A DNA stretch of 64,000 nucleotides, taken from NCBI GenBank assembly GCA_964016885.1, contig OZ024742.1, forward strand, positions 344,844,001-344,908,000, read 5' to 3'. The translations under genes and the position numbers were made by a program. Below, piece after piece: positions 1 to 13,800 of the stretch. Position 1 is the stretch's first letter; each line of letters opens with the position of its first letter. The notes beneath the pieces were generated by a model. It was not told the DNA's origin. It ran no database searches and saw only the letters and a program-made list of their open reading frames with translations. The stretch is from Eledone cirrhosa (taxonomy: Eukaryota).

Positions 1-3000
1 GGGAACCCTGGTATACTTGTTAATACTGTTAGTAGAATTCCACGAAGTTAGGGAACCCTGGTATACATATTAATACTTTTAGTAGATTTCCAGGAAGTTA
101 GGAAACCATGGTATACTTGTTAATATTGTTAGTAGACTTTCAGGAAGCTAGGGAACCCTGGTATACTTGTTAATACTGTTAGTAGACTTTCAGGAAGCTA
201 GGGAACCCTGGTATACTCCTTAATACTGTGAGTAGATTTCCAGGAAGTTAGGAAACCCTGGTATACATGTTAATACTGTTAGTAGAGTTCCAAGTAGTTA
301 GGGAACCCTGGTATACTTGTTAATTCTGTTAGTAGACATTCAGGAAGGTAGGGAACCATGGTATACTTGTTAATAGTGTTAGTAGACTTCCAGGAAGCTG
401 GGAAACCCTGGTAAACTTGTTAATACTGTTAGTAGATTTCCAGGATGTTAGGGAACCCTGGTATACTTGTTAATACTGATAGTAGACTTCCAGGAAGTTA
501 GGGAACCCTGGTATACATGTTAATACTGTTAGTAGAATTCCAGGAATCTTGGGAACCCTGGTATACTTGTTAATACTGTTAGTAGATTTCCAGGAAGTTA
601 GGGAACCCTGGTATACTTGTTAATACTGTTAGTAGATCTCCAGGAAGTTGGGGAGCCCTGGTATACTTGTTAATACTGTTACTAGACTTTCAGGAAGGTA
701 GGGAACCCTGGTATACTTGTTAATACTGTTAGTAGACTTTCAGGAAGTTAGGGAGCCCTGGTAAACTTGTTAATACTGTTAGTAGACTTCCAGTAAGGTA
801 GGGAACAATGGTATACTTATTAATACTGTTAGTAGACTTTCAGGAAGCTAGGGAACCCTGGTATACTTGTTAATAATGTTAGTAGACTTCCAGGAAGCTG
901 GGGAACCCTGGTATACTTGTTAATACTGTTAGTAGACTTCCAGGAAAGTAGGGAACCCTGGTATACTTGTTAATACTGTTAGTAGACTTCCAGGAAGTTA
1001 GGGAGCCCTGGTATACTTGTTAATATTGTTAGTAGACTTCCAGGAAGCTAGGGAACCCTGGTATACTTGTTAATACTGTTAGTAGACTTCCAGGAAGTTA
1101 GGGAACCCTGGTATACTTGTTAATACTGTTAGTAGATTTCCAGGAAGTTAGAGAACTATGGTATACTTGTCACTATTGTTAGTAGACTTTCAGGAAGCTA
1201 GGGATCCCTGGTATACTTGTTAATACTGTTAGTAGACTTTCAGGAAGGTAGAGAACCATGGTATACTTGTAAATACTGTTAGTAGACTTCCAGGAAGCTA
1301 GGGAACCCTGGTATACTTGTTAATACTGTTAGTAGACTTCCAGGAAGCTAGGAAACCCTGGTAAACTTGTTAATACTGTTAGTAGATTTCCAGGATGTTA
1401 GGGAACCCTGGTATAATTGTTAATACTGTTCGTAGACTTCCAGGAAGTTAGGGAACCCTGGTATACTTGTTAATACTGTTAGTAGAATTCCAGGAATCTT
1501 GGAAACCCTGGTATACATGTTAATACTGTTAGTAGATTTCCAGGAAGCTAGGGAACCCTGGTATACATGTTAATACTGTTAGTAGACTTCCAGGAAGCTA
1601 GGGAACCCTGGTATACTTGTTAATACTGTTAGTAGATTCCAGGAAGGTAGGGAACCCTGGTATACTTGTTAATACTGTTAGTAGACTTTTAGGAAGGTGG
1701 GGAACCATGGTATACTTATTAATACTGTTAGTTGTCTTCCAGGAAGTTAGGGAACCCTGGTATACTTGTTACTACTGTTAGTAGACTTCCAGGAAGATGG
1801 GGATCCCTGGTATACTAGTTAATATTGATAGTAGACTTCCAGGAAGTTAGGGAGCCCTGGTATACTTGTTAATATTGTTAGTAGACTTTCAGGAAGCTAG
1901 GGAACCCTGGTATACTTGTTAATACTGTTAGTAGACTTTCAGGAAGCTAGCGAACCCTGGTATACTTGTTAATACTGTTAGTAGACTTTCAGGAAGTTAG
2001 GGAGCCCTGGTATACTTGTTAATACTGTTAGTAGACTTCCAGGAAGTTAGGAAACCCTGGTATACTTGTTAATACTGTTAGTAGACTTCCAGGAATGTAG
2101 GGAAACCTGGTATACTTGTTAATACTGTTAGTAGACTTCCAGGAAGTTAGGGAACCCTGGTATACTTGTTAATACTGTTAGTAGAAGTCCAGGAAGTTAG
2201 GGAACCCTGGTATACTTGTTAATACAGTTAGTTGACTTCCAGGAAGTTAGGGAACCCTGGTATACTTGTTAATAGTGTTAGTAGACTTTCAGGAAGGTAG
2301 GGAACCATGGTATACTTGTAAATACTGTTAGTAGACTTTCAGGAAGCTAGGGAACCCTGGTATACTTGTTAATACTGTTAGTAGACTTCCAGGAAGCTAG
2401 GTAACCCTGGTATACTTGGTAATACTGTTAGTAGATTTCCAGGATGTTAGGGAACCCTGGTATAATTGTTAATACTGTTCGTAGACTTCCAGGAAGTTAG
2501 GGAACCCTGGTATACTTGTTAATACTGTTAGTAGAATTCCAGGAATCTTGGAAACCCTGGTATACATGTTAATACTGTTAGTAGATTTCCAGGAAGCTAG
2601 GGAACCCTGGTATACATGTTAATACTGTTAGTAGACTTCCAGGAAGCTAGGGAACCCTGGTATACTTGTTAATACTGTTAGTAGATTCCAGGAAGGTAGG
2701 GAACCCTGGTATACTTGTTAATACTGTTAGTAGACTTTTAGGAAGGTGGGGAACCATGGTATACTTATTAATACTGTTAGTTTTCTTCCAGGAAGTTAGG
2801 GAACCCTGGTATACTTGTTACTACTGTTAGTAGACTTCCAGGAAGATGGGGATCCCTGGTATACTAGTTAATATTGATAGTAGACTTCCAGGAAGTTAGG
2901 GAGCCCTGGTATACTTGTTAATATTGTTAGTAGACTTTCAGGAAGCTAGGGAACCCTGGTATACTTGTTAATACTGTTAGTAGACTTTCAGGAAGCTAGC

Positions 3001-6000
3001 TAACCCTGGTATACTTGTTAATACTGTTAGTAGACTTTCAGGAAGTTAGGGAGCCCTGGTATACTTGTTAATACTGTTAGTAGACTTCCAGGAAGTTAGG
3101 GAACCATGGTATACGTGTTAATATTGTTAGTAGACTTTCAGGAAGCTAGGGAACCCTGGTATACTTGTTAATACTGTTAGTAGACTTTCAGGAAGGTAGG
3201 GAACCCTGGTATACTTCTTAATACTGTTAGTAGATTTCCAGGAATTTAGGGAACCCTGGTATACATGTTAATACTGTTAGTAGAGTTCCAAGAAGTTAGG
3301 GAACCCTGGTATACTTGTTAATTCTGTTAGTAGATTTCCAGGATGTTAGGGAACCCTGGTATACTTGTTAATACTGATAGTAGACTTCCAGGAAGTTAGG
3401 GAACCCTGGTATACTTGTTAATACTGTTAGTAGAATTCCAGGAATCTTGGGAACCCTGGTATACTTGTTAATACTGTTAGTAGATTTCCAGGAAGCTAGG
3501 GAACCCTTGTATAATTTTTAGTACTGTTAGTAGACTTCCAGGAAGTTAGGGAACCCGTGTATACTTGCTAATACTGTTAGTAGATGTCCAGGAAGTTGGG
3601 GAGCCCTGGTATACATGTTATTACTGTTTCTAGATTTTCAGGAAGGTAGGGAACCCTGGAATACTTGTTAATACTGTTAGTAGACTTTCAGGAAGTTAGG
3701 GAGCCCTGGTATACTTGTTAATACTGTTAGTAGACTTCCAGGAAGGTAGGGAACAATGGTATACTTATTAATACTGTTAGTAGACTTTCAGGAAGCTAGG
3801 GAACCCTGGTATACTTGTTAATAATGTTAGTAGACTTCCAGGAAGCTGGGGAACCCTGGTATACTTGTTAATACTTTTAGTAGACTTCCAGGAAAGTAGG
3901 GAACCCTGGTATACTTGTTAATACTGTTAGTAGACTTCCAGGAAGTAGGGAACCATGGTATACTTGTTAATACTGTTAGTAGACTTTCAGGAAGTTAGCG
4001 AACCCTGGTATACTTGTTAATACTGTTAGTAGACTTCCAGTAAGATGGGGATCCCTGGTATACTTGTTAATATTGATAGTAGACTTCCAGGAAGTTGGGG
4101 AGCCCTGGTATACTTGTTAATATTGTTAGTAGACTTCCAGGAAGCTAGGGAACCCTGGTATACATGTTAATACTGTTAGTAGACTTCCAGGAATTTAGGG
4201 AACCCTGGTATACTTGTTAATACTGTTAGTAGATTTCCAGGAAGTTAGGGAACTATGGTATACTTGTTACTATTGTTAGTAGACTTTCAGGAAGCTAGGG
4301 AACCCTGGTATACTTGTTAATACTGTTAGTAGACTTTCAAGAAGCTAGGGAACCCTGGTATACTTGTTAATACTGTTAGTAGACTTTCAGGAAGTTAGGG
4401 AGCCCTGGAATACTTGTTAATACTGTTAGTAGACTTCCAGGAAGTTAGGGAACCCTGGTATACATGTTAATACTGTTAGTAGATCTCCAGGAAGTTGGGG
4501 AGCCCTGGTATACTTGTTAATACTGTTACTAGACTTTCAGGAAGGTAGGGAACAATGGTATACTTATTAATACTGTTAGTAGTCTTTCAGGAAGCTAGGG
4601 AACCCTGGTATACTAGTTAATAATGTTAGTAGACTTCCAGGAAGCTGGGGAACCCTGGTATACTTGTTAATACTGTTAGTAGACTTCCAGGAAAGTAGGG
4701 AACCCTGGTATACTTGTTAATACTGTTAGTAGACTTCCAGGAAGGTAGGGAACCATGGTATACTTGTTAATATTGTTAGTAGACTTTCAGGAAGCTAGGG
4801 AACACGGGTAAATTTGTTAATACTGTTAGTAGACTTCCAGGAAGTTAGGGAACCCTGGTATACATGTTAATATTGTTAGTAGAGTTCCAAGAAGTTTGGG
4901 AACCCTGGTATACTTTTTAATTCTGTTAGTAGACGTTCAGGAAGGTAGGGAACCATGGTATACTTGTTAATACTGTTAGTAGACTTTCAGGAAGCTAGGG
5001 AACCCTGGTATACTTGTTAATACTGTTAGTAGACTTCCACGAAGTTAGGGAACCCTGGTATACATATTAATACTTTTAGTAGATTTCCAGGAAGTTAGGA
5101 AACCATGGTATACTTGTTAATATTGTTAGTAGACTTTCAGGAAGCTAGGGAACCCTGGTATACTTGTTAATACTGTTAGTAGACTTTCAGGAAGCTAGGG
5201 AACCCTGGTATACTCCTTAATACTGTGAGTAGATTTCCAGGAAGTTAGGAAACCCTGGTATACATGTTAATACTGTTAGTAGAGTTCCAAGTAGTTAGGG
5301 AACCCTGGTATACTTGTTAATTCTGTTAGTAGACATTCAGGAAGGTAGGGAACCATGGTATACTTGTTAATAGTGTTAGTAGACTTCCAGGAAGCTGGGA
5401 AACCCTGGTAAACTTGTTAATACTGTTAGTAGATTTCCAGGATGTTAGGGAACCCTGGTATACTTGTTAATACTGATAGTAGACTTCCAGGAAGTTAGGG
5501 AACCCTGGTATACATGTTAATACTGTTAGTAGAATTCCAGGAATCTTGGGAACCCTGGTATACTTGTTAATACTGTTAGTAGATTTCCAGGAAGTTAGGG
5601 AACCCTGGTATACTTGTTAATACTGTTAGTAGATCTCCAGGAAGTTGGGGAGCCCTGGTATACTTGTTAATACTGTTACTAGACTTTCAGGAAGGTAGGG
5701 AACCCTGGTATACTTGTTAATACTGTTAGTAGACTTTCAGGAAGTTAGGGAGCCCTGGTAAACTTGTTAATACTGTTAGTAGACTTCCAGTAAGGTAGGG
5801 AACAATGGTATACTTATTAATACTGTTAGTAGACTTTCAGGAAGCTAGGGAACCCTGGTATACTTGTTAATAATGTTAGTAGACTTCCAGGAAGCTGGGG
5901 AACCCTGGTATACTTGTTAATACTGTTAGTAGACTTCCAGGAAAGTAGGGAACCCTGGTATACTTGTTAATACTGTTAGTAGACTTCCAGGAAGTTAGGG

Positions 6001-7430
6001 AGCCCTGGTATACTTGTTAATATTGTTAGTAGACTTCCAGGAAGCTAGGGAACCCTGGTATACTTGTTAATACTGTTAGTAGACTTCCAGGAAGTTAGGG
6101 AACCCTGGTATACTTGTTAATACTGTTAGTAGATTTCCAGGAAGTTAGAGAACTATGGTATACTTGTCACTATTGTTAGTAGACTTTCAGGAAGCTAGGG
6201 ATCCCTGGTATACTTGTTAATACTGTTAGTAGACTTTCAGGAAGGTAGAGAACCATGGTATACTTGTAAATACTGTTAGTAGACTTCCAGGAAGCTAGGG
6301 AACCCTGGTATACTTGTTAATACTGTTAGTAGACTTCCAGGAAGCTAGGAAACCCTGGTAAACTTGTTAATACTGTTAGTAGATTTCCAGGATGTTAGGG
6401 AACCCTGGTATAATTGTTAATACTGTTCGTAGACTTCCAGGAAGTTAGGGAACCCTGGTATACTTGTTAATACTGTTAGTAGAATTCCAGGAATCTTGGA
6501 AACCCTGGTATACATGTTAATACTGTTAGTAGATTTCCAGGAAGCTAGGGAACCCTGGTATACATGTTAATACTGTTAGTAGACTTCCAGGAAGCTAGGG
6601 AACCCTGGTATACTTGTTAATACTGTTAGTAGATTCCAGGAAGGTAGGGAACCCTGGTATACTTGTTAATACTGTTAGTAGACTTTTAGGAAGGTGGGGA
6701 ACCATGGTATACTTATTAATACTGTTAGTTGTCTTCCAGGAAGTTAGGGAACCCTGGTATACTTGTTACTACTGTTAGTAGACTTCCAGGAAGATGGGGA
6801 TCCCTGGTATACTAGTTAATATTGATAGTAGACTTCCAGGAAGTTAGGGAGCCCTGGTATACTTGTTAATATTGTTAGTAGACTTTCAGGAAGCTAGGGA
6901 ACCCTGGTATACTTGTTAATACTGTTAGTAGACTTTCAGGAAGCTAGCGAACCCTGGTATACTTGTTAATACTGTTAGTAGACTTTCAGGAAGTTAGGGA
7001 GCCCTGGTATACTTGTTAATACTGTTAGTAGACTTCCAGGAAGTTAGGAAACCCTGGTATACTTGTTAATACTGTTAGTAGACTTCCAGGAATGTAGGGA
7101 AACCTGGTATACTTGTTAATACTGTTAGTAGACTTCCAGGAAGTTAGGGAACCCTGGTATACTTGTTAATACTGTTAGTAGAAGTCCAGGAAGTTAGGGA
7201 ACCCTGGTATACTTGTTAATACAGTTAGTTGACTTCCAGGAAGTTAGGGAACCCTGGTATACTTGTTAATAGTGTTAGTAGACTTTCAGGAAGGTAGGGA
7301 ACCATGGTATACTTGTAAATACTGTTAGTAGACTTTCAGGAAGCTAGGGAACCCTGGTATACTTGTTAATACTGTTAGTAGACTTCCAGGAAGCTAGGTA
7401 ACCCTGGTATACTTGGTAATACTGTTAGTA
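1..7430. repeat. HOR family A, first block (100-monomer period, 4997 bp)
   Basis: The rare marker TACTCCTTAATACTGTGAG is at 214 and 5211 (offset 4997 = 100x50 minus three 1-bp deletions near 1636, 2686 and 3945). The variant order of about 40-2430 is repeated at about 5037-7430. Confidence 0.93.
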
Positions 7431-10400
7431 GACTTCCAGGAAGTTAGGGTACCCTGGTATACTTGTTAATTATGTTAGTAGACTTTCAGGAAGGTAGGGA
7501 ACCATGGTATACTTGTTAATACTGTTAGTAGACTTCCAGGAAGCTAGGGAACCCTGGTATACTTGTTAATACTGTTAGTAGATTTCCAGGAAGCTAGGGA
7601 ACCCTGGTATACATGTTAATACTGTTAGTAGACTTCCAGGAAGCTAGGGAACCCTGGTATACTTGTTAATACTGTTAGTTGTCTTCCAGGAAGTTAGGGA
7701 ACCCTGGTATACTTGTTAATACTGTTAGTAGACTTCCAGGAAGTTAGAGAACCCTGGTATACTTGTTAATATCGTTAGTAGAATTCCAGGAATCTTGGGA
7801 ATCCTGGTATACTTGTTAATACTGTTAGTAGACTTCCAGGAAGTTAGGAAAACCTGGTATACTTGTTAATACTGTTAGTAGACTTCCAGGAAGGTAGGGA
7901 ACCCTGGAATACTTGTTAATACTGTTAGTAGACTACCAGGAAGCTAGGGAACCCTGGTATACTTGTTAATACTGTTAGTAAACTTTCAGGAAGCTAGGGA
8001 ACCCTGGTATACTTGTTAATACTGTTAGTAGACTTCCAGGAAGTTAGGGAACCCTCGTATACTTGTTAATACTGTTAGTAGATTTCCAGAAAGTTATGCA
8101 ACCATGGTATACTTGTTAATATTGTTAGTAGACTTTCAGGAAGCTAGGGAACCCTGGTATACTTGTTAATACTGTTAGTAGACTTCCAGTAAGTTAGGAA
8201 AACCTGGTATACTTGTTAATACTGTTAGTAGACTTCCAGGAAGGTAGGTAACCCTGGTATACTTGTTAATACTGTTAGTTGTCTTCCAGGAAGTTAGGGA
8301 ACCCTGGTATACTTGTTACTACTGTTAGTAGACTTCCAGGAAGATGGGGATCCCTGGTATACTTGTTAATATTGATAGTAGACTTCCAGGAAGTTAGGGA
8401 GCCCTGGTATACTTGTTAATATTGTTAGTAGACTTCCAGGAAGCTAGGGAACCCTGGTATACATGTTAATACTGTTAGTAGACTTCCAGGAAGTTAGGGA
8501 ACCCTGGTATACTTGTTAATACTGTTAGTAGATTTCCAGGAAGTTAGGGAACTATGGTATACTTGTTAATACTGTTAGTAGACTTTCAGGAAGCTAGGGA
8601 ACCCTGGTATACTTGTTACTACTGTTAGTAGACTTCCAGGAAGATGGGGATCCCTGGTATACTTGTTAATATTGATAGTAGACTTCCAGGAAGTTAGGGA
8701 GCCCTGGTATACTTGTTAATATTGTTAGTAGACTTCCAGGAAGCTAGGGAACCCTGGTATACATGTTAATACTGTTAGTAGACTTCCAGGAAGTTAGGGA
8801 ACACGGGTAAACTTGTTAATACTGTTAGTAGACTTCCAGGAAGTTAGGGAACGCTGGTATATTTGTTAATACTGTTAGTAGATTTCCAGGAAGTTAGGGA
8901 ACCATGGTATACTTGTTAATACTGTTAGTAGACTTCCAGGAAGTTCGGGAACCCTGGTATACTTCTCAATACTGTTAGTAGATTTCCAGAAAGTTAGGGA
9001 ACCCTGGTATACTTGTTAATACTGATAGTAGAGTTTCAAGAAGTTAGGGAACCCTGGTATACTTGTTAATTCTGTTAGTAGACTTTCAGGAAGGTAGGGA
9101 ACCCTGGTATACTTGTTAATACTGTTAGTAGACTTCCAGGAAGCTAGGAAACCCTGGTAAACTTGTTAATACTGTTAGTAGATTTCCAGGATGTTAGGGA
9201 ACCCTGGTATACTTGTTAATACTGTTAGTAGACTTCCAGGAAGTTAGGGAAACCTGGTATACTTGTTAATACTGTTAGTAGAATTCCAGGAAGTTAGGGA
9301 ACCCTGGTATACTTGTTAATACTGTTAGTAGATTTCCAGGAAGCTAGGGAACCCTTGTATACTTTTTAATACTGTTAGTAGACTTCCAGGAAGTTAGGGA
9401 ACCCTGGTATACGTGTTAATACTGTTAGTATATCTCCAGGATGTTGGGGAGCCCTGGTATACTTGTTAATACTGTTACTAGACTTTCAGGAAGGTAGGGA
9501 ACCCTGGTATACTTGTTAATACTGTTACTAGACTTTCAGGAAGGTAGGGAACCCTGGTATACTTGTTAATACTGTTAGTAGACTTTCAGGAAGTTAGGGA
9601 GCCCTGGTATACTTGTTAATACTGTTAGTAGACTTTCAGGAAGGTAGGGAACTATGGTATACTTGTTAATACTGTTAGTAGACTTCCAGGAAGCTGGGGA
9701 ACCCTGGTATACTGGTTAATAATGTTAGTAGACTTCCAGGAAGTTAGGGAACCCTGGTATACTTGTTAATACTGTTAGTAGATTTCCAGAAAGTTAGGCA
9801 ACCATGGTATACTTGTTAATATTGTTAGTAGACTTTCAGGAAGCTAGGGAACCTTGGTATACTTGTTAATACTGTTAGTAGACTTTCAGGAAGCTAGGGA
9901 ACCCTGGTATACTTGTTAATACTGTTAGTAGACTTCCATGAAGGTAGGGAAACCTGGTATACTTGTTAATACTGTTAGTAGATCTCCAGGAAGTTGGGGA
10001 GCCCTGGTATACTTGTTAATACTGTTACTAGACTTTCAGGAAGTTAGGGAGCCCTGGTATACTTGTTAATACTGTTAGTAGACTTCCAGGAAGGTAGGGA
10101 ACCATGGTATACTTGTTAATACTGTTAGTAGACTTCCAGGAAGCTGGGGAACCCTCGTATACTTGTTAATACTGTTAGTAGACTTCCAGGAAAGTAGGGA
10201 CCCCTGGTATACTTGTTAATACTGTTTGTAGAGTTCCAGGAAGTAAGGGAACCCTGGCACACTTGTTAATACTGTTAGTAGAATTCCAGGAACCTTGGGA
10301 ACCCTGGTATACTTGTTAATACTGTTAGTAGGTTTCCAGGCAGCTAGGGAACCCTGGTATACTGGTTAATAATGTTAGTAGACTTCCAGGAAGTTAGGGA

Positions 10401-10819
10401 ACCCTGGTATACTTGTTAATACTGTTACTAGACTTTCAGGAAGGTAGGGAACCCTGGTATACTTGTTAATACCGTTAGTAGACTTTCAGGAAGTTAGGGA
10501 GCCCTGGTATACTTGTTAATACTGTTAGTAGACTTCGAGGAAGCTGGGGAACCCTGGTATACTTGTTAATACTGTTAGTAGACTTCCAGGAAGGTAGGGA
10601 ACCCTGGTATACTTGTTAATAATTTTAGTAGACTTCCAGGAAGGTAGGGAACCCTGGTATACTTGTTAATACTGTTAGTAGACTTCCAGGAAGTTAGGGA
10701 ACCCTGGTATACTTGTTAATACTGTTAGTAGAATTCCAGGAATGTTGGGAACCCTGGTATACTTGTTAATACTGTTAGTAGATTTCCAGGAAGCTAGGGA
10801 ACCCTGGTATACTTGTTTA

Positions 10820-13800
10820 TACTGTTAGTAGACTTCCAGGAAGCTAGGGAACCCTGGTATACTTGTTAATACTGTTAGTAGACTTCCAGGAAGGTAGGGA
10901 AACCTGGTATACTTGTTAATACTGTTAGTAGATTTCCAGGAAGGTTCGGAACCCTGGTATACTTGTTAATACTCTTAGTAGACTTCCAGGAATCTAGGGA
11001 ACCCTGGTATACTTGTTAATACTGTTAGTAGATTTCCAGGAAGTTAGGGAACCATGGTATACTTGTTAATACTGTTAGTAGACTTTCAGGAGGCTAGGGA
11101 AACATGGTATACTTGTTAAACTGTTAGTAGACTTCCAGGAAGATAGGGAACCCTGGTATACTTGTTAATACTGTTAGTAGACTTCCAGGAAGTTAGGGAA
11201 CTATGGTATACTTGTTAATAGTGTTAGTAGACTTCCAGGAAGTTGGGGAACCATGGTATACTTGTTAATACTGTTAGTAGACTTCCAGGAATTTGGGGAA
11301 CCCTGGTATACTTGTTAATACTGTTCGTAGACTTCCAGGAAGCTAGGGAAACCTGGTATACTTGTTAATACTGTTAGTAGAATTCCAGGAATCTTGGGAA
11401 CCCTGGTATACTTGTTAATACTGTTAGTAGATTTCCAGGAAGCTAGGGAACCCTGGTATACTTGTTAATACTGTTAGTAGACTTCCAGGAAGCTAGGGAA
11501 CCCTGGTATACGTGTTAATACTGTTAGTAAACTTTCAGGAAGCTAGGGAACCCTGGTATACTTGTTAATACTGTTAGTAGACTTCCAGGAAGGTAGGGAA
11601 CCCTGGTATACTTGTTAATACTGTTAGTAGACTTCCAGGAAGTTAGGGAACCCTGGTATACTTGTTAATTCTGTTAGTAGACTTCCAAGAAAGTAGGGAC
11701 CCCTGGTATACTTGTTAATACTGTTAGTAGAATTCCAGGAACCTTGGGAACCCTGGTATACTTGTTAATACTGTTAGTAGATTTCCAGGAAGCTAGGGAA
11801 CCGTGGTATACTTGTTAATACTGTTAGTAGACTTCCAGGAAGGTAGGGAACCCTGGTATACATGTTAATTCTGTTAGTAGACTTTCAGGAAGGTAGGGAA
11901 CCATGGTATACTTGTTAATACTGTTAGTAGACTTCCAGGAAGCTAGGAAACCCTGGTAAACTTGTTAATACTGTTAGTAGATTTCCAGGATCTTAGGGAA
12001 CCCTGGTATACTTGTTAATACTGTTAGTAGACTTCCAGGAAGTAAGGGAACCCTGGCATACTTGTTAATACTGTTAGTAGAATTCCAGGAACCTTGGGAA
12101 CCCTGGTATACTTGTTAATACTGTTAGTAGATTTCCAGGAAGCTAGGGAACCGTGGTATACTTGTTAATACTGTTAGTAGACTTCCAGGAAGGTAGGGAA
12201 CCCTGGTATACTTGTTAATACTGTTAGTAGACTTCCAGGAAGTTAGGGAACCCTGGTATACTTGTTAATACTGTTAGTAGACTTCCAGGAATCTAGGGAA
12301 CCCTGGTATACTTGTTAATACTGTTAGTAGATTTCCAGGAAGTTAGGGAACCATGGTATACTTGTTAATACTGTTAGTAGACTTTCAGGACGCTAGGGAA
12401 ACATGGTATACTTGTTAAACTGTTAGTAGACTTCCAGGAAGATAAGGAACCCTGGTATACATGTTAATAATGTTAGTAGACTTCCAGGAAGTTAGAGAAC
12501 TATGGTATACTTGTTAATAGTGTTAGTAGAATTCCAGGAAGTTGGGGAACCATGGTATACTTGTTAATACTGTTAGTAGACTTCCAGGAATTTGGGGAAG
12601 CCTGGTATACTTGTTAATACTGTTCGTAGACTTCCAGGAAGTTAGGGAACCCTGGTATACTTGTTAATACTGTTAGTAGAATTCCAGGAATCTTGGGAAC
12701 CCTGGTATACTTGTTAATACTGTTAGTCGATTTCCAGGAAGCTAGTGAACCCTGGTATACTTGTCAATACTGTTAGTAGACTTCCAGGAAGCTAGGGAAC
12801 CCTGGTATACTTGTTAATACTGTTAGTAAACTTTCAGGAAGCTAGGGAACCCTGGTATACTTGTTAATACTGTTAGTAGACTTCCAGGAAGGTAGGGAAC
12901 ACTGGTATACTTGTTAATACTGTTAGTAGACTTCCAGGAAGGTAGGGAACCCTGGTATACTTGTTAATACTGTTAGTAGACTTCCAGGAAGGTAGGGAAC
13001 ACTGGTATACTTGTTAATACTGTTAGTAGACTTCCAGGAAGTTAGGGAACCCTGGTATAATTGTTAATACTGTTAGTAGACTTCCAGGAAGCTGGGGAAC
13101 CCTGGTATACTTGTTAAAACTGTTAGTAGACTTCCAAGAAAGTAGGGACCCCTGGTATACTTGTCAATACTGTTTGTAGAGTTCCAAGAAGTTAGGGAAC
13201 CCTGGTATACTTGTTAATTCTGTTAGTAGACTTTCAGGAAGGTAGGGAACCATGGTATACTTGTTAATACTGTTAGTAGACTTCCAGGAAGCTGGGAAAC
13301 CCTGGTAAACTTGTTAATACTGTTAGTAGATTTCCAGGATGTTAGGGAACCCTGGTATACTTGTTAATACTGTTAGTAGACTTCCAGGAAGTAAGGGAAC
13401 CCTGGCATACTTGTTAATACTGTTAGGTAGAATTCCAGGAACCTTGGGAACCCTGGTATACTTGTTAATACTGTTAGTAGATTTCCAGGAAGCTAGGGAA
13501 CCGTGGTATACTTGTTAATACTGTTAGTAGACTTCCAGGAAGCTAGGGAACCCTGGTATACTTGTTAATACTGTTAGTAGACTTCCAGGAAGGTAGGGAA
13601 ACCTGGTATACTTGTTAATACTGTTAGTAGATTTCCAGGAAGGTTCGGAACCCTGGTATACTTGTTAATACTCTTAGTAGACTTCCAGGAATCTAGGGAA
13701 CCCTGGTATACTTGTTAATACTGTTAGTAGATTTCCAGGAAGTTAGGGAACCATGGTATACTTGTTAATACTGTTAGTAGACTTTCAGGAGGCTAGGGAA

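Noticed and set aside
1061-1080. Bacterial -10 or TATA-like promoter elements (TATACT, TAATAC)
   Set aside because: These are short AT-rich matches replicated by the repeat, with no downstream gene or other supporting context.
1098-1103. Telomeric repeat TTAGGG
   Set aside because: It occurs at most once per monomer, never in tandem, and is often replaced by CTAGGG, GTAGGG or TTGGGG. This is not a telomere tract or a G-quadruplex array, although a subtelomeric location cannot be excluded.
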